In this document: positions 63,490-64,000 of the stretch, piece after piece
How positions within the stretch are numbered: the first letter of the stretch is position 1
Layout: every line of letters starts with the position of its first letter
Notes under the pieces: model-generated
What the model saw: only the letters and a program-made list of their open reading frames with translations
Told to the model about the DNA's origin: nothing
Database searches by the model: none
Origin: Macrostomum lignano
Lineage: Eukaryota
Direction of reading: 5' to 3'
Assembly (NCBI GenBank): GCA_002269645.1
Contig: NIVC01001630.1
Span: 186,001-250,000 of the forward strand
Length of the DNA stretch: 64,000 bases
Made by a program: the position numbers and the translations under genes

Positions 63490-64000
63490 GTAGTAGGTAT
63501 TGCAGTGTCAAAGAGGTATTGCAGTGTCAGAGAGGTATTACAGAATCAGAGAGGCATTACAGTATCAGGGAGGTATTACAGTATCAGGGAGGTATTACAG
63601 TATCAGGGAGGCATTACAGTATCAGGGAGGCATTACAGTATCAGATAGGTATTACAGAATTAGAGAGGTATTGCAGTGTCAGAGAGGTATTGCAGTGTCA
63701 GAGAGGTATTGCAGTGTCAGAGAGGTATTGCAGTGTCAGAGAGGTATTGCAGTGTCAGAGAGGTATGGCAGTGTCAGAGAGGTATTACAGTGTCAGAGAG
63801 GTATTACAGAATCAGAGAGGTATTACAGAATCAGAGAGGCATTACAGTATCAGGGAGGCATTACAGTGTCAGGGAGGCATTACAGTATCAGGGAGGCATT
63901 ACAGTATCAGGGAGGCATTACAGTGTCAGAGAGGTATTACAGTGTCAGAGAGGCATTACAGTGTCAGAGAGGCATTACAGTGTCAGAGAGGCATTACAGT
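63490..64000. repeat. 19-bp minisatellite (GTCAGAGAGGTATTGCAGT)n
   Basis: Direct tandem repeat to window end. Confidence 0.95.

Overview
Eukaryotic (invertebrate metazoan) genomic DNA with GT-AG introns, many filled by minisatellites. The style resembles Macrostomum-type flatworm genomes, but the organism is an inference only. All gene models were reconstructed by hand from splice sites and reading-frame phase. Left to right: (1) an uncharacterised multi-exon gene on the minus strand (~1.1-16.7 kb, running off the window). (2) A compact ~16 kb secretory cluster (17.4-33.7 kb) of three related prepropeptide genes and a head-to-head pair of paralogous M12B/ADAMTS-like metalloproteases. Each prepropeptide gene has signal peptide + acidic pro-piece in exon 1, a phase-0 intron after Asp, then basic cleavage sites. 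One encodes an 819-aa protein with a long cationic amphipathic segment and a 12-aa helical repeat array; one an Arg/Trp/Gly-rich peptide on a Pro/Thr stalk. (3) A PLEKHG5-like DH-PH RhoGEF (minus, 37.1-53.2 kb). (4) Unresolved exons at 53.5-58.1 kb. (5) The 5' part of CFAP97 (plus, from 59.5 kb). Mobile or non-coding items: a truncated mariner with ~195-bp TIRs, a TTAA-flanked MITE, a tRNA-derived SINE, a Penelope-type minimal hammerhead ribozyme motif, and a 64-bp 28S rRNA fragment centred on the R2/I-PpoI site. Most long ORFs in the supplied track are translations of tandem repeats. The best candidate for an undescribed system is the secreted cationic-peptide plus protease cluster.
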